DNA of 64,000 bases from Tricharina praecox. Its lineage: Eukaryota. The stretch spans positions 186,001 to 250,000 of the forward strand of contig NW_026250405.1 in the NCBI RefSeq assembly GCF_024521635.1. The letters run 5' to 3'. The notes beneath the pieces were generated by a model. That model was not told the origin of the DNA and did not search any database. It was given only the letters and a program-made list of their open reading frames with translations. Shown here piece after piece: positions 63,569-64,000 of the stretch. How positions within the stretch are numbered: position 1 is the first letter of the stretch; every line of letters begins with the position of its first letter. Made by a program: the position numbers and the translations under genes.

Positions 63569-64000
63569 ATGACGCCACCTACCGACGAAGAATCGAAACC
63601 TGCCTCCTCAACTTCATCAACAAGAACCATCACAGCAATCCCTCTCGAGGCGCCAGTGTCCCTGCCCCTCCGTCCTACCCTCCGCGAGCGCTACAACCAT
63701 CTCGTAACCCGGTTACTTCCACAGCCCTACTACCTCCATCCACTTCTCACCCGCTCCCGCCTCGCCATTGCTCTTCTCTCCTTCATTTTCCTCCTTCTGC
63801 TCCTGATAATCATCCTCCCCATCCTCCTCACCCACCGCTCATCCGCCAATGTTACCCTTCCAACCGGGGCAGAGACGTATTCTGGCGACGGCACGTACTA
63901 TGGCACCGGCCTTGGCGCATGCGGGATCGCCAGCAAAGACTCGCAGATGGTCGTCGCAATCGCCTGGGAGCTGTTCGATCACCTGGGTAAGGGCTCCGCT
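63569..64000 (+). CDS. RlpA-like double-psi beta-barrel (expansin/loosenin-like) protein with N-terminal TM anchor, runs off window
   Basis: MTPPTDEE...LAIALLSFIFLLLLLIIILPILL...TYSGDGTYYGTGLGACGIASKDSQMVVAI; absent from the ORF track because there is no stop in the window. Confidence 0.9.
   Translation, partial: MTPPTDEESKPASSTSSTRTITAIPLEAPVSLPLRPTLRERYNHLVTRLLPQPYYLHPLLTRSRLAIALLSFIFLLLLLIIILPILLTHRSSANVTLPTGAETYSGDGTYYGTGLGACGIASKDSQMVVAIAWELFDHLGKGSA

Overview
Intron-rich nuclear DNA of a filamentous ascomycete (short GT-AG introns with CTRAY branch sites). Pezizales is my inference from a recalled LINE-family resemblance. Recognisable intact genes: arsenite methyltransferase, MFS permease of the Dal5/Tna1 type, Kelch-BTB protein, Dbp5-type DEAD-box helicase, tandem DUF7726-like protein, Rex3-like exonuclease, Pth11-like membrane protein, secreted tyrosinase, a C2H2/repeat protein and an RlpA/DPBB protein cut off by the window end. 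Between them lie small orphan genes, two clear pseudogenes (a kinase and a LaeA-like methyltransferase), a LINE 3' relic and two candidate mini-Helitrons. Best leads: (1) a gene at 56028-56850 with intact splicing and three in-frame TAG/TAG/TAA stops, a candidate for A-to-I stop-codon repair; (2) an intact Rex3-like gene that has lost four of five catalytic residues; (3) a 77-nt unit bounded by splice signals, repeated three times at about 300-bp spacing (20.2-20.9 kb); (4) an orphan with a RING-like + PB1-like + ubiquitin-like layout. All exon structures were read by eye and no database searches were run. No rRNA, tRNA or CRISPR array was recognised.
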